A DNA stretch of 60,675 nt, filler included, from Dimargaris cristalligena (taxonomy: Eukaryota), in assembly GCA_003614675.1 (NCBI GenBank). It is 2 parts of 2 records of this genome, joined end to end, with 100 filler letters (N's around TTAATTAATTAA, not from the genome) between each part and the next. Parts side by side here need not be neighbours in the genome. Positions count along the whole stretch, not along the records: positions 1 to 30,337 come from ML002462.1; 1 more part is not named here. The stretch is one strand, 5' to 3'. Within the stretch, counting starts at the first letter, position 1, and every line of letters begins with the position of its first letter. The notes below the pieces were generated by a model. That model made no database searches. It was given only the letters and a program-made list of their open reading frames with translations, and had not been told where the DNA came from. Of this stretch, positions 1 to 14,200 are shown piece by piece. The position numbers and the translations under genes are program-made.

Positions 1-72
1 CTTTTGACCAGTAATATTTACCTCATCAAATGGATTATTCGTTATACAGCCTGGATGAATATCTGCCATATA
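1..72 (-). mobile_element. MITE-like repeat, partial copy cut by the window start
   Basis: Reverse complement (tatatggcagatattcatccaggctgtataacgaataatccatttgatgaggtaaatattactggt) aligns with the left half of the elements at 6831 and 22235. Confidence 0.6.
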
Positions 73-807
73 CATATTGGTCCATGTACTGACTGGAAGC
101 AAGTCATTGTGGGGTCAATTTCCATACGGAATAAATCTATCCTGATTATGTAATCACAATTCGTTTTGCCGGATTGGTTTCTTATTAACTAGATACAAAC
201 GCCCCATCTATTTCCTCGTTAGTAATGCATTATGAGCCGCATTTACGATTGCGGACTTCACCCCCATTAAAACCATAGAACCTAAAATTCAACCATAATA
301 TTTATTAGTAAAATAGCCGACTGGGGAACCTCAAGCACTAAAAATAATAGCAAAGTGGTGTACTAAAACATAAAAATAAAAACAAGTATGTAATAAGGGA
401 CCTTTTGCACAGCCGATCAAAGGCCATCAAGTGACAAAACAGGGCATATAAGAGCATATCAATCAAATATGGGGTAAGTATAGCCGAAATGAATCCTATA
501 GTCATACAAAGAAACAATGGAAGGTAGCGTGTAGTAAGGTCTACCCCCCAAACTAGTCATCACCATGGCCCTAGACTGAACAAGGACCATGTAATATAAA
601 AATACCGAGTGAAATAATAGAGTAAAAAAACAGCATGGTGAATATCCAGTATGCCAATGTAGCACCGATATTAAATGGTAGAATAAGAATGAATTACACA
701 AGGGGGATAAGAGAGCAATAAACTGGACAAATGATTAGGGTAAAGAAGGGAACAACTTTAACAGCAGGTAAGAGGGTTAGTAAGAGAGGTACGGAGAGTA
801 TCCCTCA

Positions 808-3532
808 CTATTTAGCAGAAGCGGGGTCGTCATGAGAATCCGGGACACGGGGGTGAAATGTCAACGAATGAAGGGGGTCGGTGGGGTTAGTGCCGGTAAA
901 GCTGGTGCTGGCCAAATGGGCGTCTAGGCTATCATCGACCAGCTGGGAGGTATCCGACCGAAGCAAGGACGTCGAAAAACTGGGGGCCTGGCCGAAGGTG
1001 CTGCGGGCGTCCCGAGAGAGTCGCCGAGTGATTAGTGGGGGAGCCATAGAGGCGGTGGGAGACTCCACAGCCTCGGCGGCAGGGGTAGTCGCAGTGTATT
1101 TGGCCTCGGAGGAGGCGGGATTGGGGTTGGGCATACTACCGTATAGACTGACCTGTCTACCGAATAGGGTAAATCCGGATTTTTCCTTGGGCTGGGCCGG
1201 TTCAGCAGCCGCCAAACGGACTTCTTCTGGGTAACTTCTCGGGCCATTCAGCGGAAGCGGCCGAAGGGGACTGGGATCACTGGTGGTTATGGTTGACCGG
1301 GCCTTGACAAAGGCCAGAGGTACTGTATCCCCCGGCGAGTCGGGGACTTGAATAGTGACGGACGCCTGTGGGGAACGAGATGATTCAAAATTGGCGGGTG
1401 GGGTGATCGTGTCGTTGGATGGGGTTAATTGGGGGAGGTTAGCGCCGAGCATAGGGTCCTCCCGAATAAGGTCGGCGGAGGGAGACCGTGCGAGGGCATT
1501 AGCATCGCTGGCTGGGATGGGTGAGTTGGACAGCTGGGCGTTGGAGCCCACGGGGTAGAGGACGACCTGGCTATGGGGACGGGATGGGTCTTTTGAAGAA
1601 ATTTCCCAGGGGGAGCCTTTACGCCGGGCCGGCCGGGGGATAGCCCTATTTTCGCTACCACCTCCTTCAAGCAAGCCGTCGGCTACAATCTGTTGAGGCT
1701 GGGTCGAAAAGACCACATTGGTACCCCGACCCACGGATGTATACAAAGTCTTGGGCGACCGTTTTAGACGATTACTGGGACCGAATCCACTGGGAGGCAC
1801 CAACGAAGACCCTGGGGGTGGGGCAATGTGGGGCTGGGGTTGGAAAGGCGTTCGCTGACCCGCGGATCCTAAACTGCCGTTGTTGGATACGTTCCGGGAT
1901 TGGTTGTACAGGTAGTCGGTCACGGCCCGCCGGATATTGGGGGGGCCGTTAATATTTTCCCGGATACCCCGGCCCCGCCGGACTCGGCTCATATTACCAG
2001 TGCTGAGAGTGGCGTTGGAGGGAGACGAAGCGGCCCGGGAGAGTTTCTGAGCCAGTGCGGTGGGGGATACTTCTTCATCAAGGATATAGTCGGACTTGGG
2101 ACGAGGCAGGTGGCTCTGGGGCTGGCGCGTGGATTGGTAGTGGTTTTTGCGTGACGACCGGGTGGATGGACCCAGGCCCTTGACACTATCCGCCGCCGGG
2201 GTATCCCCAACAGCACCTTGCGAGTCGCCAACAGAGCCTACTTCGGATCCGGCATCGCCGGAGGACGGAGGGGAAAGGAGGGTGATGGACGGGAAGGGAA
2301 TCACAAAATTTTCGTGGTGGGTAATGAGAAATTCAATGACTTTTTGGGATCGCTTGTACTCTTCCGGGGTCAGGGTGTGTAGCGGGTGGACGAGTAGGCC
2401 TGGCTGGAATATAGCAGCCAGGTTGGGGATGTCCATACGCGTCTGCTCCGAGAAGCGGGCAAAATGGCCGAGAAGTGATATGACGTATAAGAGTACGAGA
2501 CGCTCGGCCTCGGGGAGATTGGCGAGTAGCTTGCGAAAGGCATCAACTTGATTGGCAAGCGAGCTCGTCTCGGAGAGGTCTAGTGTTGTGCCGGGAGAGG
2601 GGTTTGTATAGTTGATGTATACCTCAAAGGTGATTAGTAACGAGTTAAGTGTTAAGCTGATCCGGCCAATGGTTTTTCTTCAGAAATTCCACGGACTCAC
2701 AGTAGATACACAAGTATTCCTCGGCAAAACGCTATTTAATACGTACCCAGAGCTTCTCGGAATAAATAATAATCGGCCACGGGAATCACCGGTTCGGGTA
2801 GGAGGGTTAAGTAGCGGCGGAAAATGGAGGCCACGTCATGGACGGTGTACCGGGAAAAGTCCAGGTCAGCACCATACTCGGGGGCGCTGTCGAAGGACTG
2901 ATGAATCTCTTGGATTCGCCGGAGTGAACCACTGACACGGAAGATGCCTACAGTGTTGGTGCCTAGATTGAATATATATATATATATATAAATAAAATAG
3001 CATCACACCATCCCGATGGGACTCATTGATTAATGGGTGGCCTGTTAAATGGAAGAACTGTGGGAGGAGCCGGTGGTGATTGACACATCCCGAAAGGGGC
3101 GGGATACACAGGTTGGTATTATTAGTAATGAGTTGAAGGACCACACTTACCATTGTCACTTAGGAATTGGCCGCAGATGGTGATGAGCATAGGGAGACAG
3201 GCACGGGTCAGTCCGGGGGCCTTTATATCGACGAGCGACCCGGCATACTGGAGTGACTGGCTGAGCGGAACGCCAAAGACGGTCGGGGTGTGCTCGAAAT
3301 CATGGGAGTCGCTTATGGAACGGGGGACATTGAGTTTAAGCTTGGTTTTAATGACGGTGATAAAGCGCTTGAATGGGGAGCGCTTTTTGGAGGTCGAGGA
3401 GTGACTCGTAGCGGGGTCGGTCAGGGGAGGTTTGTTGCTTATCAGAGGGGCGAGTGTGGAGTTAGGAACCCGAAGCGAGGACGCCGGATGGTAGGCACCA
3501 GGAGGGTGTGGTGGAGGGGCTGTGAGGGACAT
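808..3532 (-). CDS. Rho GTPase-activating protein (Sac7/Bag7-like); exons complement(3151..3532, 2747..2962, 808..2579)
   Basis: Spliced product has the RhoGAP motifs VFGVPLSQS, GIFRVSGS (arginine finger), HDVASIFRRYL..LPEPVIP and RMDIPNLAAIFQPGLL. GT-AG introns are phase-consistent; a long S/P-rich tail follows. Start Met uncertain. Confidence 0.9.
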
Positions 3533-3988
3533 GCTAGAGCCCGGGTCTGAGATGGAGGGGGAATAACACATGAGTAAGTAGTAAGGGGTGAGTGATGGCT
3601 GGAGAAGGGGGTATGGAAAAAATCGGGCCATTATATAGGATGGGTAAAAGCCGTGCGGGGGGGAGTCCCGAGGTGGGAAGGAAGGAGTGGCAATAGGGTT
3701 GGGGGGACTCCAAGCCAGGACCATTCATACATTCACGTATTCGGGAGAGAATACAGTCCGTAACTTCGGTTGCAGTAAGAATCCACCACACTCCAGGCAT
3801 GGACGGGCGCTCTAACGCAGGGATATTCGATGCCTGTCCCCGATTACACCCTCCCGCTTGACTAGAATTAATATTAGTGCCCCCTCCCCCTCTTGCAACA
3901 AGGGTTCGTTATACCCACGCATACAACCCAAACTCAAGGCATTGTGAAGGCCTCTTTCGGAATGCTACCTTCACTACCCTAACCCTCA

Positions 3989-3990
<2 letters not shown>

Positions 3991-4029
<39 letters not shown>

Positions 4030-4044
4030 TATGCATATGCATAT
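3991..4044. repeat. Compound microsatellite (AT)18(GCATAT)3
   Basis: Read directly from the sequence. Confidence 0.95.
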
Positions 4045-6830
4045 AACCTACCCACAGAAAACGCGATGGGTGACGAGATGGGCGGCACGGAACCGAAGGG
4101 GCGGCTGGAAACAATAATAACGCAAGGCAGACAACTAATGCCACCAAGCTAAACGGGGACGAAGGCGCGCTAGGGAAGGGACCGCTACGGGAAGGCGGTG
4201 GCGCGTCGGTCGGTTTGAAAAGGTGTATAAGGGGAGGCGAAACGGTACGCGGTGAATACGGAAGCAGCGCAATTCAAGGGGCATTACGAGTGACCAGGAG
4301 TCGGCGGTGGCTTAATATAAAATATATAAAAAAAGGCACGAACAGTAGCAATGTCAACAAGCCTTGTGACTGGTAGTGGTGGTACTGGCTATCGGCCGGA
4401 GACTAACTTCAATGTGGAAAGTCGGACGGGCGGTAATTCAGGTAACGTCGGACAAGGCGGGCCACGAGAAGGAGCCAAAGGAGAGATAGCAGTTTGCGGA
4501 TAAATAATAGACGAGTGAGCGGGGGGAAGGAAGGAAGGAAGGAGCAAAACAAGGAAATAAGGAAGAGAAAGAAAGGAGAGCGCGAGACCAAGTGAACTCA
4601 CACACGGCCACGGCACACTGAACAGTGGGAACCCGGGTGGAGCGGGCTAGCTGTGCAAATGCGCTACGCTATACCAAGCCCTATTGTGAGGAAGGTTCAG
4701 TGTCAGTGAGTGTGGGGAAAACGACTCCTGCCAGAGTGCGTTTGGGGCCCTTGAATACTGGATAATGCTAATGGTTTGTTGTACGGGAACAAGGTGGCGG
4801 TGGTTGTTTAAACAACAATGGCCTCCACTAAATAAGTATTAATACTTGAATAATATAAACCACTCAATGGAAAATCCCGCAGACTAACTGGCCATGAGAA
4901 CCAGAGTTGGCGGCTAAGACTATACTACCGAGATGGTCTGTAATAATAAAATGGGTTTTTTGATAGTTTGAATATTTGATTCGGGAGTCGGCATGCATAG
5001 AATTATTGACAATGCGAAAAAAAATAGATATAAGAAAACAATGAAGGAAGGAGGAGAACCAACAATGGACCGGCTGTCACTTATATTGACGGATCCAAAT
5101 TCGAAACATCGGTAACGAATACTGGAAGGCGGGCCACTCACCACCACCCCTCATATATGGCACCAATAGAGGCAACATTATTATTACTACCTGAAGCAGT
5201 AGCGTATTAAACGGCTCCACCACTGTTCTCCAGAGTCTCGCGACACGCCGGGCTTTACTATTTCGTCCTATTTATTGGACCGGGTGAGTAACATGGAGGG
5301 AAAGGGGGTCCGTCAGTAGTGATAGGCATCACCAATCCTAGGGGCTGACCCCAGGAGAGCCCAATGACTCGCGATCATTGGGCAAGTGATCGTCCCAGTA
5401 CCCAACTATCGGTACGGATTGGTCAGACACTGTCCTATTTTTACCGAAAGTCTTCCCCCAATCCTTTTTCCTTGGGGAGTCCCCAGCTACACTGTCGCCC
5501 TCACAATCAAATTAAGCGTCCTGCTGGTGCAAGTCATTTGCCTACGCATATTATGAGCTTGGCAACCTGCTGACCCGCAGCCCCCTTCACCTACTTAGCT
5601 TGTGAATCCCGAGATCCGGGCTGTTCTATTTTTATCTCGCCCTCCTATCCATGGTCCGAGTGTTTCATGGGGTTGACGTACTTTCTGCTGAAGCCCCCAC
5701 TTACTTGCTCATCAATGCAATTAATCGCCGCCGGCTAGGATAATCAAAAGCCCCCCCCCCCCACCAGCCAAAACCCTTCCTTCGCATCCCACTTACCCAA
5801 CGGCCAGTTGCCGCCTGCATCCGAACCGCAGTGGTTCCTTCATTGGGGTTTCTATTATCCCCCCATGCTCCATGGTAATGACTTACTATCTCCCACTTGA
5901 GGTGGCGAAACTACTCACATATTTGGCCACCCTTCGTGAACGGAGCTAGTGTCAATAAACTTTGGCCCGCGTTTGTTTCAAGCCCCTTCGATCATTCGTT
6001 GGCTCCTGGATCAGGAGGGCTGATTGAAAAGGGGCGATGGCTCAAGAACAGCCTTATCGGCAAAACTGACGCAGTTTAAAATCAGTGACGGCAATGTGCT
6101 TCACTCCAATTAACTAAAATCATATTTTTAGCATGTACACACATGGGGAGGAGGAGGAGGGCGTGGGGTGCTGCCGTTCTCGTGGCGTCCTAACAATCCC
6201 CCGTTATAAGGAAAGGCATCGAGACTGCCCAACGCAGAAACACTTGGCAAGCCATAAATTCGCCGGGATGTAGACCGCTCGATACTAGAAAAAAACCCCT
6301 CATTGGGGAATCAACCACTTTCTTGAGGTTGGGTAGCTACCGGTTATTAGCTGGCCACGGCATCGCAGCCCTGCGTTCAACCTAGATTTTTAATTCTAAT
6401 GCCGGTATTACATGGTCCTACCCTTGCCTGCACCTTGGTTCGGGGGTATGATCCGAACTGAACGAGCCATATAAGAATCACTATATGCGCGACACAATGC
6501 GACGAAAATGTGGCTTTTCACTCCATCAATGGATCCAATGTTAAGTGATGGCTACATTGTAATAGTACAGCCCGTTTCATAAACATCAACTTTCCCGTGG
6601 CACCCACCATCGCGCATTATCCGGGGTTGATCGGGTCCGGAAATTCCTATGGCTAACGAATACTCAAAACGAGGTGAGCAATTTTCTTTAATTTTTTAAT
6701 AAAAATAATATAATAAAATATAACTATGGATGCCATTCTGAATTAGGACAGTAAGGATGATGGGCAACTGGTATGCCGTAAACTCATCCGTACATGTGTA
6801 TTGTCAAAATCGGTATGGCTAAACATCTCA

Positions 6831-6974
6831 ATATGGGAGAGGTTCAACCGAGCTGTATAACGAAAAATCCGTTAGATGAAGCAAATACTACTGGTTAAAA
6901 ATAAATCTCCTATATATTATCCCATACACTTACCATTTAAAACCTTATACAGCTGGGCCGAATTCCACCTATAT
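6831..6974 (+). mobile_element. ~145 bp MITE-like element with ~30 bp imperfect terminal inverted repeats
   Basis: Left end atatgggagaggttcaaccgagctgtataa; right end ttatacagctgggccgaattccacctatat. Homologous copies lie at 1-72, 22235-22378 and 22411-22478. Confidence 0.7.
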
Positions 6975-8208
6975 GATTCCCGCCCTATGGGGAGATAACC
7001 CAATATCTCTAGTATCCCGAATGGTATTAGCGGACTTTTAGCCCCTATATCCTTCGGCAATTCCTTTCAAAATGCTCAAAAGGTCGTCAGTGGAATTCAT
7101 CTCCCTTTGGGTATACCAGCTGTACCCATGGGACATTCTATAAGCTAAGTTTATAGGCATGTATGGGGTATCACTGAATATGCCAACATTTTATCTTTTG
7201 CTTTGATATCGATTCCAAGCCTTCCTGACGCACTTCGCGATGGGTCTTGGTCTACTCAGTAAGGGTACCACACTTTCTTAATAGCAGGAAAACCGTCGGA
7301 TATAAAATACAGGACCTTATTAAAATAAAATGGCCAGTAGCCAAACAGCATTTGGGGAATTCCCGATCTTCTCGTATATGGTGAGGATGCGGTGAGTCTT
7401 TTTACCAGCTAGCCTATAAACATGGACATCGCTCTTGGTGCCAAAAATACCGAGTGCTTTAATCGGGAATGGTGCGGTGAAGAGATTTCCTATAAGCATA
7501 GAATAGCCCCTGTTACCACCAAGGAAATATACGCAATCCATGAGCTCCCTCAGCCTGAAGGTAAAGGCAGCCCGCCTTCTTGCCAACACACTAGTACGTC
7601 CATCAAGTGATGGATTCTACCCAACTGTTTATCACTATGGCGCTAATCTCTTGAGATCGCGCTATTTGTTGGGGTCCTTAAATTCCGATACCTCATGTGA
7701 TTATCTATAGATTTCATCTGAATCAACAACTTACTGGTGCCACCGATAATACCGACAAATATACTGAGGAGAGGCATATTCTAGATCTTAGGAAGTAGGC
7801 CCGTCTCAGAATGGGTGGGATATCAAAATCAGTTGTAAATGGTGCTGTAGCAATGTCTTTAAATATTTCTAATACACAGTCACTGAGTGAATGGCCAGCT
7901 ACCGTCTGTAACCAATACCCAATACCCAATCCCAACCTCCCCTAGCTCTAGGATTACCTGAGCCAGAGGCAGTTTCGGGGACTTTCGAGGCCTGCTTTTG
8001 ACCATTAGTGTGCGAACGCGAGGTCCAGCAGCCTATGTACTCTATTCAATTCAGTCCTCCATGTGGACATGGTCTACTTCTCCTCACGACATCCATACCA
8101 TACCATTCCTCCCTCCCTCGGTGTTTTAGTTCTTTATAGATACTATATTGTCGAGTTGCCGATATACTCCTCTAGTGCTTGCGTGTCCCCTTTAGCAACC
8201 GGCCCGCT

Positions 8209-11200
8209 ATGGATTGGCTCAATGCCAAAAAATGCTCGCTCCGCTTCCACGATTCCACTACTCCCGATAAAGATGTGATTATCTGCTCCGACTACTTCCC
8301 CAATATCGTGGTAGGCGACCTGCTTCGCATCGCCCCTCTGTTGAGCACCACCGCGGCCAATGCGCCAACGTCGACTACCTCCAATAACGACGACTATGGC
8401 GCCAAACCGGCCAATTCCCCGCACTTCCGCAGTGGGAATCAGCCCCCCCCCTCCTGCTCCGTCCCATCCGTTTGGGGATAACCTCACCGTCAATCCCATC
8501 ATAAACCAAGGTAGGTCCTTGCGGAGATTCCATACTGGCCAACTTTTTGAATCCTGCTTTGTGCACCCTAACGTAAAGTACATCACCCCAACGCCGGGTT
8601 CGCTTAACTCCATAGATATTATGGGTTATACAATGGGAAAAGCGCGGTTCGTAGGAACCATTGGGTGTTCCTTTTAAATCACTAGTACCTAACCCCTCTA
8701 GTATACCCCTATACTCTCTCTAAAACACACTTGTAATACCTAAATAGTCCAGTACGCCGGCCACGGGGCTTCCCGGCCCGGTACCCCGAACGTAGGGGCC
8801 ACCCCCGGACTGGGTAAGTCCGCCGCCGGGGCATACACCTCCTCCCCCTTCGCAGGCGGTGGACGGCCCGGGACCGGCAGCCGGCGTAACTCGGCTTATG
8901 GGGCGGATATCGCCTCCCCCGTGGACACCTCCGCCGAGATCATCCTTCAAGTCACGGAGGTGGACCATGCCCGGGTATCCACGGCCAACCCCATTTCGAT
9001 CGCCCAAACCACCGCCAACCGCCTCAAATTAACCGTGATGATGACCGTACTGGTTCAGAAAGTCGACCCGGCGCAGGCGACCGCCCATTACATTGAACTC
9101 CAATTGCGCAATCCCCTGGTGGATCGGAGTGACATGCTCCGCTTCCAGTCCTTAGTCACGGGCAAGGTGCTCTACGAGGGGCAGGTCGTCGACTATTTAC
9201 GCTGCTTCCAGGCCAAGGTCAAACTGATCAAAAATGACCGCGGTGGCGTCCGTATGGCCTATGTTACCCCTCAAACCCGAATGGTCTTTCGAACGGTATC
9301 GGCCCGCTTCATGATCTTTATCCAATTCAGCCGGGAAATGTGGCAGTTTCTGGAAGACGGCACCTTGTACTATGAACGCGGTCTTCAATACTTCCTTACT
9401 GACCTGTTCCGCAAGTGGGGCGAAAACGGAACCAAACATTTAGTGACCCTCGTGCTCTTCTCGCGATTCGTTTATACCGAAGAAGAGCACCTCCAAATCG
9501 AAGGGGTAAGCTGGCACCCGGATCTCCGGTTCTGGTACAAGGATTATTACAAGGTAGTCGCAGATAACGTCCAGGCATCCCTGCTGTGCCCTAACCAGGA
9601 CCAAGCGGCCCTTTTGCTACGGCAGGACTTCGTCGACTTTAACGCCGACATCATGCGGTCCATCCGATCCGTAGGGGAAACCCATGACACATCAAGCAGC
9701 TCCTATCAATCGACCAGCCAGGGGTCGTCCAAAACCCCCGATCCTCTGCACCAATGGGCCCATCCCACACCGGCCAGCCAGTCCCAGTCGGGTCCCGGCG
9801 ATTACGACAGCGGGCCTGCCCCGAGGTCCAGTCGCACCGACCCGCGTGCTCTCATGGGTCGCCACACCTATGCTCTACACGGTAACATCCTGGAGGCAAT
9901 CAACCTGGCCCTCAACTCATTCGAACGCCGCCACGATTCCCGCGACACGCTACGAATCAGCCCTAAGATTGTGGTGGTGACCCCCAGTGCCGGCGTATTT
10001 GACGTGGGCAAATCATTGCTGCGACTGACTACCCAGCGTTTAATCGACGCCAACCTCCGGGTGGATGTGGTATGCCTAGCCCCCAAGCCGCTTCACCGGG
10101 CCCCCGTTTTTCGGTTCAAATCCGCTTTACCCTCTCCCTGGCGCCGTGCTGAGATCCACGGAGATTCGTCCGAAAATGACTTCCGTACTTATCAGTCTCT
10201 GTATTTTAACACGGGGCTAGTGGGGGCCAAACCGACGACCGAAGCCGACGACGTCATACCAACCAAATACGCTCCCTACGGACACATCACCGGAGCCAAT
10301 CACCATTTGTTGGGTATGCAAGAGTCGCCACTTTTGGGCCGGTCACACTCACCCGGTACCACCACCGACCCCACATCCATCAAAAAGCACATTGAGAGCA
10401 CCATCGATATTTTATATTACGACGAGCACTTGGGCTCTACTACGGTTCGGACCCCTCAAGGTACCGAAGAGTCGTCCCACTCAGCTGCGTCTCCGTCCTA
10501 TTTTACTAGTCACAGTCACTCGCAATCACAGACCCACTTGGCGTCGCCGGGACTCACGCATGCTACTCTGGAGGGTCGCCACCGAGGTTCCGTAGCGGCA
10601 ACGACGGCGGGGGCACCCCGCGGCGGGGCTCCCGAGGCCGTCGCCCAGGGTTCCCACCTTACCCACCTTGATACCGATAGTGACTACTGGTTTTACTTTG
10701 TGCCCTTTTGGGTGGACAGCAGCTTCTACCAGCAGAATTGCCTCGTTCACCAGGCGCTTAGCAAATACCGGTTCAAGCCCTATTGCCGCATGCCGGAGAT
10801 CCAAAAGGCCGGTACAGGTAAACACTTGCGCACCGTTTGGCAGGTACCGTACCTCAGTGAGGACATTTCCCGGTCCCGCGAGAGACAGGCCGCGGTACAT
10901 ATCCGTTCAAGTGGTAATACGGCTACCGTAGGGCTAATGCGGGGACCCTCGCTAACCCGGCGCGGCCCCGGGGGCATTCCGGGCACGGACTCCCCCGGCC
11001 CGACGGAGGCCGGCGAGAATACGGTGGATCTCTCCGAAACGAACCCCCATTACGCAAATATGGACGAATCCCAAACGCGGGGGCCGGAGAGTGGGGGTAC
11101 CCCGCCGGCCCCCTTGTTGTCCAGTAGTTTTCGATCTCAGCCCCAGCTGGGCGGGGCGGTGGTTCTCCCGCCCATGCGGCCCTCCGCGTCCAGTTCCCAC

Positions 11201-14200
11201 TTCCACCACACCCGGTCCTTTTCCCGAACCTCCTCCCAGACGGGCCGCTCCACCGATGTATTGGCCAAACAGGGCGTTTTATTACCCACGGTCCAGAGAC
11301 ACTACGACCATGATATTTTTGCCCCCAGCTATGAACTGGCGGAGATCCAACGGGACTCCGACCGGAGCTATGCCCCTTCCCCTGATAAGGGGCTGACGTC
11401 GTTCCAACAACCCCTCATGGCTCTGCGATCAGCAGGCGATCGGGTCAGTGAACCCCGATTGGCCGAATCCGACCCCGAGCGACCCAAAACCGGTGGTGGT
11501 GACCTGGCTGGTTCCGGAGAGGGGGGCACGCGTATGGAGGAGTTTCCCCGCCGCGCCCACCGTTACCACCACTCCCCTTCCTCGGCCACTCCACCCATTT
11601 CACGAGCATCCCCCAGTGCGCGTGGGCATTTACTAGATATGGGCCAACGGAGTGCTTCGCTCCGCACTGGGCAAGAGGGGGGTAGTCTACCCCACCAGTC
11701 GGACGTCTTGAGTGGAGGCCGCCACCACCGGGTGTACCGTATCGAATCCCTGGCCCCCAGCCCAATCCACCGCCTCCCCGGGGCTCCCAACCCCCACGAT
11801 CCCTGGTTCCATTACTACGCCCCGAGCTACGCCAGTAGTATCACTCCGGCGCTACAGGTCCCTCTATGCCAATACAGTCATGGCCAAAGTACGGCCCTCT
11901 GGGAACGAAGCTCCCAGCAACGGGCGCAAAGCTTAGGTCCCAACCATCCGCTTCTCCTGCGCAGTCGGTCCGACCGCCGGGCTTCCATGCCGGCTAAACG
12001 AGCCCCTGCGGGTCGACTACCTCCGGCGGCCCAGAGCTCCATCGATTTGGGCGGCCTGGGTCCGGATGGGGGGGACTCCGCGGAGAACGTCCTGGAGAAA
12101 TGGGCCGGTGAACCTTCCGAATTACCGCACAATACGGTACCCGGACTGCGGGGGCTCACCATGCCTCGGTCGTCCGGCCCTGAGGTACAGTCCCCGCCGA
12201 CTAGCGGCTTAAGCCAAAGTCTACGGGCCCCCCGCTTTTCGCCCTCGGGCCTGGGTAATGTTGGCGGTGGCCCGAACCATTCCTGGCGGTCCCGCTATAG
12301 TACCGATTTGGGACCTTCCCCCACCGGAGGGGTCCCACCGTCCCGGGGGGGACCCACTCCCATGGGTCGTCCCGGTGTGGTTCGAACGACCCCCGCGGCC
12401 CCACCCGAGCCGTTCGCGCTGGCTAGTCCGGTACTCCCTTCGGGTGCTTTCCAGACCACGACCCTCGTGGGCCCCTACAACAACCACCCCTCCGCCGCCC
12501 GCCAGATTTATTTCGTCGAAGCCCAGAAATCCACCCTCTTCCAACGCCAGTTCCGGCGCTGGGAGACAGTGTACCTGGGTCTGCCCAGTCGCTCGACGGT
12601 GCAGTGGAAATCATTGGTCACTCCGGCGTATCTACCTCTCACCACGTTTCATCCGCCCGATCCGGCCCAGATGGCCCTATCCTACCAAGAATACCCCACC
12701 AACCTCACCCCCGACCCCGATTTGTTGGCGCGGAGTACCCGGGTTACGAGTACTTTGCCGGAACTCGCTGCCGACCCCAAACATGGGACTAAACTAAAGG
12801 CCCTACTTTGCGATTTGATAGCCGCCCGCTTTGGTGAAGGGTTCCAAATTGTCGTGCCCAGTGCTGCTACCCCCGCCGCCGTACCCCTACCGGGCTCCCT
12901 CTGGCCCGGTGATCCTCACAACCCCAGTCCTAACCCGGCCCACCCGCCTCCACCCGGTGGACTCCGCAGTTTAGGGGGCTACGATGAAATGCCGTCCTAT
13001 CTACCGGCTGGTAAGCATAGTAGCCAGTACCCGGCATCCTCTCACACCACCTATTCCTCCCACCCCCATCACCACCATGGGCATCACGGGCACCACCATC
13101 ACTCGTCATCCATCAGTCTATCCCGCCGTATGTCTGGTCGAACGGGAGGAGCCTTCCGTGGGGCATCGGGGTACGACTCCCTGCTAAACGGAATTCCCGA
13201 TAGCGGCCCGGCCACCTCCGAGCCCACCTGGGACCAGATCACTGGACAGGCCTTCAATTACACCTTGTCCAACGGCCAGGACTACCACATTATCCATTAC
13301 CAGCCCACTAACCATGAAATCACCACCAAGCGGTACGTCAAGACCCAGAATTACCGCCGAGAAGAGCAGGTGTATCGCTACCAGCTCTGGGGCCGGTACG
13401 CCTCGGCCTACGTTCCCCGTTCCATCATCTTTAAATACGCCGACAAAACGGACTACCAGTGGAACACCTGCGATCAGCTGATCGTAGACTACTCCGACCA
13501 TTTGAATAAGGCTGCCTACTCTTGTGTACGTTTGGTCCTAGTGCCTCTCGAGAAATTGGCCTCGCCCATCCAGTCCAGTTCAGCGAACCGCAACACCCGG
13601 TTGTCGGACGAAGAACAGCGTATCGCTGGATTCCGTCGATTCTTGGACGTGCTGGTTCGGATTCGACGGTCCGAACCTCCTTTGGGCTCCAATTTGGCCG
13701 GGGAGCGAACTAACCCCCCGGGGGCCCCTACTGACACCCACCGGGAGGCGGCGGCAGGGAAGGAAGGCGGAGGAGGAGACACCCGGTCGGCCCCTTCTAC
13801 ACTCCAAATCACCATCACCACCAAGCGACCCTCGGCGTTCTACCAGGATATGGTCGCCAAACAGGAAAAAACGGTTAGCGGGCCCACCGAAACGCCCGCC
13901 CCACCCAAGGTTCGGTCCCGCAAACGGGATCATTTGCCATTGACCCCCCAAAGCAGCCTCTACGATATCGCCACGGAAATGCAAAACCCCGATAGTGGCC
14001 TCAAAATCGCCATTCGGCGCTGGCATTGGCGACTCTACTCCAACGCTTTCTTGGGCCAGGAATTCGTGGACTGGTTATTGGGTCAAATGAGTGAGTTCGA
14101 AACCCGGGACCAGGCCGCCAAATTCGCCCAAACGTTACTGAACCAGAAACTGTTCTACCACTGTCGGGGTCGAAGCGTCTTCCTGGACGATATGATGATT

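Noticed and set aside
7320..7620. Possible LINE reverse-transcriptase remnant (SSLSLKVKAARLLANTL resembles the LS..GR..L.N.L motif)
   Set aside because: One weak motif with no supporting RT motifs nearby.
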